From assembly GCF_964213995.1 (NCBI RefSeq), contig NC_135801.1, forward strand, positions 28,706,001 through 28,770,000: 64,000 nucleotides of DNA. Reading direction: 5' to 3'. Both the position numbers and the translations under genes were made by a program. Positions 36,755-48,460 of this stretch are shown in pieces. Each line of letters starts with the position of its first letter. The stretch's first letter is position 1. A model generated the notes under the pieces. It had not been told where the DNA came from, made no database searches, and was given only the letters and a program-made list of their open reading frames with translations. Origin of the DNA: Mustelus asterias. Taxonomy: Eukaryota.

Positions 36755-39700
36755 CTACAAGAGAAATGAACATTAGCAGTGAAACCAGAATATTCAGCAT
36801 GCAGTGGGACAGGAAAAGAGGATTAGTAATGAATGACTGCTATGTTGGTATTATTTTCATTAAGGGAAAACAGGATGCTTTTGGAACAATAATGTTGAAT
36901 ATCCAAAATCATATAGCTGAGAAAAATACATACGAGCTAAGTAAGAGTCCTTCTAAAATGAACGGGTAGGGCAATAAAAATAGGGAAAAGAAACAAATTA
37001 TACAAAGTTGCAGGCAAATAGAAATGAATCAATGTAGGGAGAAAAGTAGGAAATTGCTAAAAATGGTTTCAAAAGGATAGTGGGCTGAATTTGCCCACCA
37101 TGGGAATTGTAATGGGCAGGACAGGACAATGCAAAGGTCCGTTGACCTCGGGTGGGATTTTCCGGTCTTGGGATGGTGTGGCTGGAAAATCCCACCCAGT
37201 GGCTAAATAAAGAGGAACCTAGAAATGAGCTTAGTCAAAAACATTAAACTCGATGTTTCAGAAGTCTGGAAGTTTAGAATCTGGAAACCTGGAGGTTTCT
37301 CCCCAAAAAGCTGCTAAAACGAGGGCCGGGATTTTCCAGCCCCCATGTGGCAGGTTTTCCTGTGGCAGAGGCGGCTCACCATGACCTCAGGTCATTAATT
37401 TAGCTTTCCCTTTACTAGATAAGAGCCCCGGCTTGTTCAGCCTTTCTTAATAGTTCTAACCTCTCATTTCCAGGATCATCATTGTGAATCCTTTTTGCAC
37501 AGGCAGGGGCATGAAGGGTAACAGAACAATGGCAGATAGGTGGCGTCAAGTTATAGAGCAGCCATGATTTAACAGAATAGTGGAACTAGCTCAAGGAGCT
37601 GAATGGTCTACTTTCTTTCCTATGTCCCTATTGTTGTAAAGGATCAATTAAAGAAGTTACATCACAAATATGACAAAAACTAGAAGGTAGTTAATTGAAA
37701 TGCATCTTTTGTAGCATTATCCACTAAAATTATTTATTAGCAATTCTAATATGTTATCTAATTCTTGTACTTCCAGTATCCTTGAGGGTTTTCAAAGCTG
37801 ACTATGCAGAGATACTTGAAATGTTGAGGGTCTCAAGACTAGTAAATCCCCTGGGCAAGATAGAATACATTCTAGGGTCCTGATGGATACTAGGGTAAGA
37901 TATTTAGGTGGTTATTACAAGAGAATTATTGAGCATTTTACAGATTCTGTAGGACTGGAAACAGGCAAAGTTATTTTGGAAGGACAACAGAACTGCCAAG
38001 AGAGACTAGGTCCATTATTTGATGAAAGGTAGAAGAGTTGTACTGGCTGGAGAAATGCCTATATAACTAAAGCATAAGGAATAACCAGCATAGATTTAAA
38101 AGAGGACAATCTTACCAACTAAACCTCATTTACTCTCTTTAGCTTATTAGGAAATTAACTAGATGGTTTATGATATCATTCAAAAGAACAAAGAACAATA
38201 CAGCACAGGAACAGGCCCTTCGGCCCTCCAAGCCCGCGCCGCTCCCCGGTCCAGGATTGAATCCTGAATCCAGGATCCCCGCCCAATTTTCCAGCCCATC
38301 TACATCCTAATATCCTATCCACCGAGCTGTCCCTCACAGCTACGATGCTTTGTTCATCACAACCTATTAACTCACCCCCACCCCCCCATTCCAGACCATG
38401 TTAATCTCTATTTAAACTTTCAGGGAGTTGTTGACCAAGTTGTTGACCAAGTTAATGAAAGACTTCTAACTGAACTAAAATCCACGGTGACCTAAGAGAG
38501 AATATGGAATGAGATAAGAAACCTCTTAGAAAATAGAAAAGAAAGAATACTTAGACATGCAAGGTGGGGTGGGGCTAGGGGAGTCAAGGAGAGATCTCAT
38601 CCATGTAAGAGATCTGGATAGCATGTTAAAATTCTCATCTTTGGACTCAGCAAAATCATCTAGAGTTGAAATGTCTCTTGCTTTGCTTAAAACCAGGGTG
38701 GATATTTAATATGTAAATATTCCCGATTTCTCAGCTGATTAAACTGGCCTCTGGTTGAGCCAGAAAGCAGGATTTCCCTAGTTTTGATCCCCAGTCTGTG
38801 CTGAGTTTGTTGATCTCAGCCTGGCCAACAGGGATGTTAGTGCAACTGGATCCCAGTGCCTCTAGACTGGGGAAAGAAAAATTAACCAGGGGTTCCTACT
38901 CCTGAAACTGTCCCTGCTAGAACCAGGAATGGACAGGATCAAGTTCAACTGTAATACCCCCAGACTTGAATCACCTATAGATACTCAATGATTACATTCA
39001 TACAATCCTGTACAACTGGCCCCAAGGAGGAAGATAAATGGAGAAGAAAAGAACAATTACATGTAGATTTACTTCACTGTCAATGAAGTTGAATCGAATA
39101 AAGTTACCCTTTATAAAAGGCTGTTGGTCCTTCTTTAACCAGCATAGTCCAAGCACAATTCAGTGCACTTTTATAATGTCCGGGAGCAGAGTTCATGTAT
39201 CTTGTCTTTACTACATCAACAGGAGAAGCTGCTACTGTTGTGCAAAACCCTGCGCCAAAAGCCGAGAGGAAGTGGCACGGAAAGTTATCTGCAAATTGCA
39301 ACAAGTTCTTATCAATTTCAGAGTTTGTTACTGTTCAAGTGAAGGCATGACATTATTTTCAACTTGTACCCCCTCTGCCCATATCATGAGTAATATTACT
39401 GCTTCTGTGACAATTAAGAAGATGCGTCACATTTTTTTGCGACTCGTGGGTTACCAGATTTGCTTGTTTCAGATAACAGCACTATGGTTACAAGTGAGTT
39501 ATTTCAAGAATTCATACAAAAGAACGATACATGCCATGTGTGTACTGCACTGTTTCATCCAGCTTCAAACAGTCAACAGAGAGAGCTGTCCAAACTCTGA
39601 AGGAGGGAGTGGAGAGGATGTCAGGTGATACTTTGAGAAAAAAGCTCTCAAGATTTTTATTCCAGCATCGTATCACACCACAATCCGAAGCCGGGCTCTC

Positions 39701-42700
39701 TCCAGTGGAATTGTTGTCAGGTAGAAGGCCAAAGTCTCACCTGAATCTGCTTCAACCAGATTTCAGAGCAAAGTGGGCAGGAGACAACAGAAGCAGAAGG
39801 AGGGACATAACTACCATGCCAAAGAGAGGCAGTTCAACACAGACAGTCAGGTCTACCTCAGGACTTTTGATAGTAACCAGAGATGGTTGCCGAAAATCAT
39901 TTTAAACCAAAGGGGTCCAATATCTTGGGTCATGAGACTGCAACATGGAAGAGTTGTTCGCAGACACCAAGATCATATATTCATTTACGGTATGACCTCA
40001 GGTCAGAAAAGGTTTCGGAGTCAGCAGTCATTACTGCTAACATGGCAGAAGATAATGCTGCTTGTGGGCATTCACCAGAAAGTTGTTCCTGAGGTTCAAG
40101 GTTTGCCAGTTGACTCTGCTGGAGTAATGGAAGAGGAATGTTCATTTACAGATTCACAATCTACCTCTTCACGTGTGATTCCAGATCAACCGTTACAAGA
40201 ACAAGCTGCCAGAGGTAGTAGTAGGGGCAGGTACAATTTTGTCTTTTAAAAAGCGTTTAGATAGTTACATGGGTAAGATGGGTATAGAGGGATATGGGCC
40301 AAATGCGGGCAACTGGGACTAGCTTAGGGGTTTAAAAAAAAGGGCGGCATGGACAAGTTGGGCCGAAGGGCCTGTTTCCATGCTGTAAACCTCTATGACT
40401 CTAAGATTCACCAGTGGCGTTGCGTAGATCACAATGCAACCACAATGCTCCTGGCAGACTTTTTTATAGTTAAGACATCACTTTTGTTATATTTCTGTTC
40501 TAATAGATGATTGAAATTTAGGGGAGGAGGTGTTATAGACTCTCATTTTGAATACAGAGTGTTCTTACAAGCCTTCTCTCCTATGTAACTGATTTATGGC
40601 GTTTGCAGACTGTTCTGGACACGTGCGGGTTTTCGAGGGCTTTTTGGTCTGCAATAGAGTGTTCTGCGATGGGGGGGGGGGGGGGTCGCGGAGCTGGCCA
40701 GCAATCGAGAGGCCGGCAGTGCAGGCTACTGCGCATGCACACTGATCTCGGCGCTGACAGATCAGCGCATGCACAGTGGCCCACTCAGCGCTATGCTGCC
40801 GGCCTCTCTGGTGGGAATAGGCCCCGCCTATTAGGTTTTTTTTGCGTGATTCATGCTAGGACACTCTGATGCACGGAGTGTGGGAGATTCATTTTGAAAG
40901 TCCCGCTGAAAAGAACCAGCGCGATTTACTCCAGTGTTTACGCGAATTCGACACTATCCCACCACTGTGAGCCCACCTGTTAAAAGTTGCTTCCTCAGAA
41001 TGGCCTCTTTAATGAGGTCGTAGGTTACGAGCTCAGAACAGTTGACAATGGCATTTCGAGTAATGTTGGGAAAAGTTCCTGTAAGGGACGACAAACAAGA
41101 TGCGATTAACAAAGTGGAAATGTCACCAGATTCAGGATGGGATAGAGGGATCAATGTTGCACACTACCTTTCCAAAGTCCTCGAACTCCTTCTTCTTTGG
41201 CTATTAGTTTATAGGCCTGAAGAGTGCCATTGTAACGTTTCGGAGCACCACAGAGGTTCCTTTGTGCCTGGAAACGAACTTTAACCACATCAGTGGGCTG
41301 TGCCAGTATTACCGCCAGTCCTCCTGTAGTACACCCTGCCAGGAGACGGGTTGCCATACTGGCATCTAAGAGAGAGACAGAATTAAATCAGCATTTCACA
41401 TATTATGCCAAAATCATACTACATAAGAAAACTTTTTTAAAATTTGTTTATGGGATGTGGGGATCACTGGCTGGACCAGCATTTATTGCCCATCCCCAAG
41501 TGCATTTAAGAGTTAACCATATTGCTGTGGGTCTGGAGTCAATATAGGCCAGACCAGGTAAGGGTGTAGCCCTAAAGGACATCAGTGAACCAGATGGGTC
41601 TTTACTACAATCAACAATGGTTTTGTGGACATCATTAGACAATTAATTAATTGGGCAGCACGGTGGCACTGTGGTTAGCACTGCTGCCCTCACAGCACCA
41701 GGGACCCGGGTTCAATTCCCAGCTTGAGTCACTGTCTGTGTGGACTTTGCACATTCGCCCTGTGTCTGCATGGGTTTCCTCCGGGTGCTCTGGTTTCCTC
41801 CTGCAGTCCAAAGATGTGCAAGTAGGTGGATTGGCCACGCCAAATTGCCCCTGAGTGTCAGGGGGACTAGCTAGGGTAAATGCATGGGGTTATGGGGATA
41901 GGGCCTGCGTGAGATTGTGGTCGGTGCAGACTTGATGGGCTGAATAGCCTTCTTCTGCACTGTGGGATTCTATAATTCCAATTTTTTATTGAATTCAAAT
42001 TTCACTATCTGCCGTGGTGGTCCTCAAATCCAGGTCCCCAGAGCATTCTCCTGGGTATCTGTATTACTTGTCCAGTGACTATACCACTGCCTCCCCTTTC
42101 ATTCCAAACTGTTTTATGGTAAATGTTTGTGTTATTCAACAGGAGATATAATTTGGGCTTGAAACGTTAACTCGGTTTCTCTCTCTACAGATGCTGCCAG
42201 AGCTTTTCCAGCACTGTTTTTATTTCAGATTTCCAGCATCTGCAGTATTTTGCATTTATATAATTTCCAGTTGTCCGCAATCCATACAATGTAAACATCA
42301 TTAAACAGGAAGAACGGGCATTTCTTATTAAAACAAAACCGAAGACGGCAACTGCACTTCTTTAAACAACATTTGCTTTTAACTCATCAGCAGGCACTGA
42401 TTTCCAAACCGTTGTTTCACACAAGGCATTCATTGTACTAACTTTTACCCCTGAATGATTTGCACACAGTAAATACTTGTTTAAAATGATGTTACTGCCG
42501 GTCAGTTAGTACTCACGGTCACTCCCTCTGGTGTAAAATTGTTTCACAGAGTCATAGAGACCAATTCTTATTGAAGCGAAGCTCATCTGTCTCTGAAGGC
42601 CGGCCACGAGGCCGCTGTACAAACTCCTCGCTCCTTCGGTTTTGATTATTGTAGCCACTGTTCCCCAAACGCCGCGGTATCTGACACTTTTGGCAACTCC

Positions 42701-43472
42701 GGCCCTGGGAGATCCTGAAGTCTCTCCTTGAACCTAAACCACATGGCTGAGTTAAACTTGGGGCAACAAGAGAATCTTTAAAGCGAGCAGAACTGATGCA
42801 TTTTATAAACTCTTAATTTCTGTGAAATTCCTTAACTTTGGTCTCCCTTCAAAATAATTAATCAAATCCAAAGATGTGCAGGTTCGATGGATTGGCCATG
42901 CTAAATTGTCTCCTTAGTGTCCAAAAAATGTGCAGGTTAGATGAATTGGCCATGATAAATTACCCCCTTAGTGTCCAAAGATGTGCAGGTTAGGTGAATT
43001 GGCCATGTTAAGTTGCCCCTTAGCGTCCAAAGATGTGCAGGATAGGGGGATTGGCCGTGGTAAATTTACCCTTAATGTCCAAAGATGTGCAGGTTAGGTG
43101 AATTGGCTATGTTAACTAAATTGCCCCAAATGTTGAAAAATGTGCAGGTGGTAAATGTGTGGGGCTAGGTAACATACTCTGTCAGAGTCGGTGCAGATTC
43201 GATGGGCTGAATGGCCGCTTCTGCACTGTAGGGATTCTATGATTCTAAGTGCAAAGAAAATGAGTCTTTAAACCAAACACATACAATTGGTCTTAGAATA
43301 TGCTTTAGAGAGAATAGAAGTGATTATTCTGGGGTGTGTTTGTTACCTGTAATCTGACTTTGGCCGTGTCCAGGGGGAATGTAATAAGATCAGCGAAACA
43401 GGCCGCTGTACCAGCGCTCATGAACCGCACACCAGGCGTTGGGGGAACGCTTGAAGGTTTCAGTCCCACCAT
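36655..43472 (-). CDS. UCP1: Mitochondrial uncoupling protein 1 (SLC25A7), spliced CDS: complement(join(36655..36754,39108..39288,40977..41078,41168..41365,42517..42733,43347..43472)), 924 nt, 307 aa
   Basis: Three carrier signatures ([30 protein letters not shown]); nucleotide-binding Arg motifs [25 protein letters not shown]; six coding exons with GT-AG and consistent phases. UCP1 rather than UCP2/3 is inferred from the known vertebrate ELMOD2-UCP1-TBC1D9 synteny. Confidence 0.92.
37780..38560 (+). mobile_element. Very old CR1 fragment with a younger CR1-type 3' end inserted (about 38180-38400, -)
   Basis: [17 protein letters not shown] remnant; (caaagaa)n tail in reverse. Confidence 0.55.
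39108..39288 (-). CDS. UCP1: UCP1 coding exon 5
   Basis: tgcag| [59 protein letters not shown] |gtaac. Confidence 0.95.
39375..40560 (+). mobile_element. Gypsy/Ty3-like LTR retrotransposon remnant (integrase to PPT) in a UCP1 intron, with a CR1 3' end inserted at about 40219-40403
   Basis: Frameshifted integrase [45 protein letters not shown]; polypurine tract aggggaggagg followed by TG at 40531. Confidence 0.8.
40600..40953. mobile_element. GC-rich interspersed repeat; related copy in opposite orientation at about 63770-64000
   Basis: gacagatcagcgcatgcacagtggcccactcagc matches the reverse complement of 63785-63830. Confidence 0.65.
40977..41078 (-). CDS. UCP1: UCP1 coding exon 4
   Basis: cttacag| [33 protein letters not shown] |gtgggc; follows an 89-bp intron. 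Confidence 0.95.
41168..41365 (-). CDS. UCP1: UCP1 coding exon 3
   Basis: cttag| [65 protein letters not shown] |gtagtg. Confidence 0.95.
41653..41977 (+). mobile_element. SINE, tail type A, nested in a type C element
   Basis: Full head and tail; taatt on both sides. Confidence 0.88.
42517..42733 (-). CDS. UCP1: UCP1 coding exon 2
   Basis: ttag| [72 protein letters not shown] |gtgagt. Confidence 0.95.
42866..43247 (+). repeat. Headless type A SINE with an internal unit of about 53 bp amplified 5-6 times
   Basis: tccaaagatgtgcaggttaggtgaattggccatg..aaatt.cccttagtg starting near 42867, 42920, 42974, 43026, 43077 and 43132, then the normal tail. Confidence 0.85.
43347..43472 (-). CDS. UCP1: UCP1 coding exon 1 (exon begins 43496)
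   Basis: tatttccag| 24 nt UTR, AAGATGG; [42 protein letters not shown] |gtaac. Confidence 0.95.
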
Positions 43473-44370
43473 CTTGAACACAGACTTTGCAAAATGCTGG
43501 AAATAAATAATGCAATCATATTGTTGTCGGTAGCGCTCAGGTGACAATTCTCTTCATTTAGATGATCCGGGTGTTTTGTACATTATTTGCTGGTTATTTT
43601 TTTTAACATTCATGACATTTACCTTGAACCAGACTCTGTCCCATTTCACATTGTACCTTAAGGAGAAGGGTCATATGGACTCGGAACTTTAACTCTCCAC
43701 ATATGCTGCCAAGACATGCTGAGTTTACACTTCGTTTTTATTTCATATTGTACTTGCCATTTTGTTCTATTAGCGCTTATTGAATTTACCACCCTGCCCT
43801 TAAACCCGTGGAGTTCTCCGGCACCGTATTTTCTCAATTGGTAGCCTCTCTAATCCCTCTTTTCCTGAAAGCGTGTATGCTGGAGTCTAGTTCCATTGTC
43901 TCAGGCACTTCCTTCGTACAGTGACTGTAGGCAAGCTATTCAACCAAGGCTATCACTAATACAAGTCTACTTTGGCCTTTGCCAATATCCTCACGTGTAA
44001 ACTTTCTAGCTGGAGCTACTGATTGGATAGAGATCAGAAGCCAATACCCCATGTATTAGCCCCAAATGCAACACTGGCTTAGATCAGCACAGAATGGGGA
44101 TCCGGCCTGACAGGTGGCAGTCCATACCAGACATTCATTCACTTGCTCATTGAATCACCCGCAGTTTATCATTAGCTTCCGTAATCTTTTGCAACGAATT
44201 CTATGTCTACAAGGGCATTTTTGCCCACAAGCTACTTACATTGGTTAAAAAATGACTGGAATTTGGTCTACATCAAAAAGTGCAATAAATACATTGTACA
44301 ATTGTTTAAATCCCAGTGGAAGCTAAAATGAGAAATACCTGACTGTCACATTGAGATTTCTCAACATTAC

Positions 44371-44521
44371 CTTCAGTGAGCTTGTACTGCCTTGCACTGT
44401 TCAGTAACTCTCAGCTCTCCTCTGAGAAATTCTTCTCCCATGTCCTCCTACTGTTCTTGGAATGACCAGGACTTTGCCGTTGCTTAAGTTGTAACAGCTC
44501 AGAGTATTCAGTTCTTTTATA
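44371..44521 (-). promoter_or_regulatory. Candidate UCP1 TATA promoter and non-coding exon 1
   Basis: TATAAAAG at 44521-44514; strong donor GAAG|gtaatg at 44371/44370; the first coding exon has an acceptor at 43497, so an upstream exon is required. Confidence 0.55.
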
Positions 44522-45160
44522 ACCCAGTGATGCAACCAAAATGCAGCCACAGTTGGGCGTTCCCTTATGGGAGGAGTGGACAGGTTGCCTCAACCAGCGC
44601 TATTTGTCTCGGTTTAAACGTTGTGGCACCGTTCCACCAAATACACTGACTAGAAGCTTGGCTGCAAGTTATGATTCTAACCTTCACCTCGTAGAACATT
44701 GACCTCAGTACTCCAGGATATGCCTCCAAAAAAAGAACAGACCTCTAGCAAGAAATACAGCGTGTGATTATGGGGCTGCTACAGTATGACGCACAGAGAT
44801 GAAGATGTTATGATTCATTTTGTCGTTTAGATTACCAATAAACATTTACCGTGGGCACGCTGTTCCTGAGAGTGAGAACCCAAAACAATTTCAATTGCGA
44901 GAACTTGGCAAACGGTCAACATTTTGCAAAAGGTGGAGTGGGGTTTAATTTCTTCCCCCATAGACTTACACAAAGATAGCTGGTTGACTGCAGCCAGGGG
45001 GGGAAATAAACCTCAGCTCTTGCTTTCTCAACAATACCTAATCTTCACATGGCACTAAGAACATTAAGGTGTGTTATCTTAAACATATTTATGGTTTGCC
45101 TGTTTTTTTTTCCAATAGTCAATTATTGGTCTGCAATAAAACATGCCATCTACGTGGAGG

Positions 45161-45454
45161 TTTATTTATTAGTGTCATAAGTCGACCTACATTAACACTG
45201 CAATGAAGTTACTGTGAAAATCCCCTAGTGGCCACATTCCGGTGCCTGTTCAGGTACATGGAGAGAGAATTTAGCATGGCCAATGCACCTAACCAGCACA
45301 TCTTTCAGACTGTGAGAGGAAACCGGAGCACCCGGAGGAAACACGGGGAAAACGTGCAGACTCCGCACAGACAGCGACCCAAGCCTGGAATCGAACCGGG
45401 GTCCCTGGGTGCTGTGAGGCAGCAGTGCTAACGACTGTGCCACCTTGCTGCCCC
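45161..45454 (-). mobile_element. SINE, tail type B
   Basis: Reverse-complement similarity to 89-388. Confidence 0.85.
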
Positions 45455-45689
45455 AAGTTGTCAAAGTCCTCATTTTTTTCTCAAACTAGAATTGCTGCAC
45501 AATCAAGTTGCAACGAGAATAGAACCAAATTGGAAGTCATAAGGAAGAAACGGTGCAAAAGAAATGTGGAGCCCACATTTTCACCATGTGGCATGTTGTG
45601 CACCAGTTTCCTACACTGAGCACTGACTTCAGGGCGATGGGATTGACCGGGGTAACTCCCCCGGTGACTCTGCGTCTCGATCTGATTGT

Positions 45690-45955
45690 TGCCATTCGGG
45701 GGGCTCGAACCGGCAGAGCCAATAGCAATCATGTTCCGAGAGGCCGGCTACAAGATAGCCAATAAGCAAGGGACACTCCGGGAGGCCTGGCCCCAGGACA
45801 GCCAATAGACAGAGGGGACGCGTTGACGCTAACTGGCGTGGAGGTTCAAAGGGCTGGTGGAACAGCTGAGTGATCACCTTTGACATTGCAAACCCTGCTT
45901 TATAGCTACACAAGGGCTCCCCAGCGGGAGCTGAGTTTAGTCAAAGGTTAGATAC
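45690..45955. promoter_or_regulatory. CCAAT / DR1 motif cluster upstream of UCP1
   Basis: CCAAT at 45719, 45759 and 45802; TGACG at 45824; DR1-like GGTTCAAAGGGCT (45843-45855), TCACCTTTGACAT (45874-45886), TAGTCAAAGGTTA (45938-45950); locally CpG-enriched. Confidence 0.5.
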
Positions 45956-46684
45956 ATTTTCTGCGTTTGCATTATTCGATTATGCAACCAAAGCAAAGAC
46001 ACCTAACCATAACCTTGGTGCAATATTGTGTGTAGTCACGAAACGCAACATCTACACGCAAGTATAGATGAAAGTTGGCATATCTGATGTATTAAGCTGT
46101 CTCATTTTGCCGTGACAGATAGATAAAAGATTGCTGAATCGCTTGTTAATTATAATCCTCAACAGATTTACCGCCCTACTCAGTAAAATTACCCAACCAT
46201 AAGTTGAAATTAATTTATTACCGTGCATTACGGTGCCCGAGTAACAGAGAGAACAAGAATTATCTCCAGACCCAGCTCACCAATACGAGGCTTTTCCTGT
46301 GGCTACATTACAGGACAGTTGTTTTTAAAATGTACAGCTGGCGGCACTCTCAAAGGAAATAATTCCATACCCATCTGAAAGAGTATTATAAATTCTAATT
46401 AAAGATATGTGTAATTCAAAATAAAAAAAATCAAGTGCTGAAAATTCATTGACCCTTCGTCAGAACTCGTGATTAATCTCAATATCTTCATTTTAGTTTA
46501 ATTAAAGGGGAACATTCATTGTCACTTTTCCTCATTCAGGCTGGATTTAAGTTACACTTTTGGGGAATTCAAAACATTCTTAGAAAAGTCAAAGTCTTTG
46601 TGTCTATATGAGCTTACCTTTCAGATGACCAGTAAGCATTAAATGCAAAATTAGTCTCCAGCAAAGACCAATAGTCCATCAATC

Positions 46685-46936
46685 AGTGAAGTTACTGTGA
46701 AAATCCCCGAGTCACCACACTCCAGTGCCTGTGTGGGTACACCGAGGGAGACTTTAGCATGGCCAATGCACCTAACTTGCACATCTTTGGACTGTGGGAG
46801 GAAACTTGAGCACCCGGAGGAAACACACGCAGACACGGGGAGAACGTACAAACTCCACACAGACAGTGATCCGAGGCTGGAATCGAACCCAGGTCCCTGG
46901 TGCTGTGAGGCAGCAGCGCTAACCACTGTGCCACCA
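46685..46936 (-). mobile_element. SINE, tail type B
   Basis: Reverse-complement similarity to 89-388. Confidence 0.85.
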
Positions 46937-46937
46937 C

Positions 46938-47175
46938 GTGTGTGAGTGTGTGTGTTTGTGTGTCTGTGTGTGTGTGAGCATTTTAGTTTGTGTGTGTGAG
47001 TTTGTCTGTGTGAGTTTGTCTGTGTGCGTGTGTTTGTGTGTGTGAGAGTTTGTGTGTGTGAGTTTGTCTGTGTCTGTGAGAGTTGGTGTGTGTGTGAGTT
47101 TGTCTGTGTCTGTGTGCGTGTGTGAGAGTTGGTGTGTGTGTGTGAGTTTGTCTGTGTGTGTGTGTGTGTGTGTGT
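46938..47175. repeat. Compound (TG)n microsatellite
   Basis: (tg)n interspersed with agtttgtc. Confidence 0.95.
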
Positions 47176-47384
47176 CTATTTCATGACTTTCAGGTTTTGT
47201 CGGACCTTGAGCCTCCGCCGGTAATCTCACTGACGGAGTGTGTGGGCTCAAGATCCTAACCACTGGGATGTGGCTTCAGTCTTTTTAAAAATCCAATCTG
47301 TGGTTTCTAGCAAGTAAATTATTAAAATCATTTTTATAAAGCATGGCTTTGTAACACAAAGCTGAAGCATATGCAACCATCTTC

Positions 47385-48460
47385 AGCCAGAAGTGCATTG
47401 TCAATGATCTTGCCTTCCTCCTGAGGCCCCCAGCATCGTGGATGCCAGTCTTCAGCTAATTCCATCCACTCCATGTGATATCAAGAAATGGCTGAGTGTA
47501 TTGGACACAACAAAGGCTATGGCCCTATAACAACTTGGCCTGCAGTGCTAAAGACTTGTGCACCAGAACAACTATGTTGTACAGCTACAACACTGGTATT
47601 TACCCAAAGGTCTGAAGGATTGCCCAGGTATGAGCTGTCCTCAGAAAGAAGGAAACATTCAATTTAGCCAATTACTACCCCCTCAATCTACTCTCAATCA
47701 TCAGCAAAGTGATGGAAGGTGTCATTGACAATGATACCAAGCAGCACTTGCTCAGCAATAACCTGCTCACCTATGCTCAGTTCAGATTCCAACAGGTCCA
47801 CTTAGTTCCAGAGCTCATTACTGCCTTGGTTCAAACATGGACAAAAGAGCTGAATTCAGAGGTGAGATGAGAGTGACTGCCCATGCCATCAAGATGGCAT
47901 TTGAGTGAGTGTGGCATTAAGCAGCCCTAGTAAAATGAAGACAGTGGGAATCTTGGGAAAGCCCCTCCACTAACAGCAGGCGTAGCCCACCATGAAGGAA
48001 ATGTTTGTGCTTGTTGGAGGCCAATGATTTCAGCCCTAGGATATTGCTGCAGGAGGTCTTCAGAGCAGTAGCGTAGGGCCAACCATCTTCAGTTGTTTTA
48101 TCAATGGCCTTCCTTCCGTCAACTGGTCAGAAATTGGGAAGTTTGCTGATTAATTCACAGTGTTAAGTTCCATTCACAAGTCCTCAGATGCTGAAGCAGT
48201 CCATGCCCAAATGTAGCAAGACCTGGACAAAATGAGGCTTGGGCTGATTAGTGTCAAGTAATATTCCCACCACACAGGTGCCAGGCAATGGCCATCTCCA
48301 AATAAAGAATCTAACCATGTCCCCTTGACATTCAACAGCATTGCCATCATTGAATCCCCCACAATCAATATCCTGGAATTACCGTTGACCAGAAACTGAA
48401 CTGGACCAGCCATATAAATACTGTGGCTATAAAAGCAGGTCAGAGGCTGGGAATTCATTG
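47385..48460 (+). mobile_element. Decayed CR1/L2-group LINE RT fragment
   Basis: ANYYPLNLLSIISKVMEG..QFRFQQ..GPTIFSCFINGL..FAD remnants. Confidence 0.75.

Noticed and set aside
39038-39628. 196-aa plus-strand ORF
   Set aside because: It is the antisense of UCP1 coding exon 5 running into a decayed integrase; not a coherent gene.
36655-43472. Calling the gene UCP2/UCP3 or a pseudogene
   Set aside because: ELMOD2 adjacency and the DCA-like tail favour UCP1; all exons, splice sites and carrier motifs are intact.
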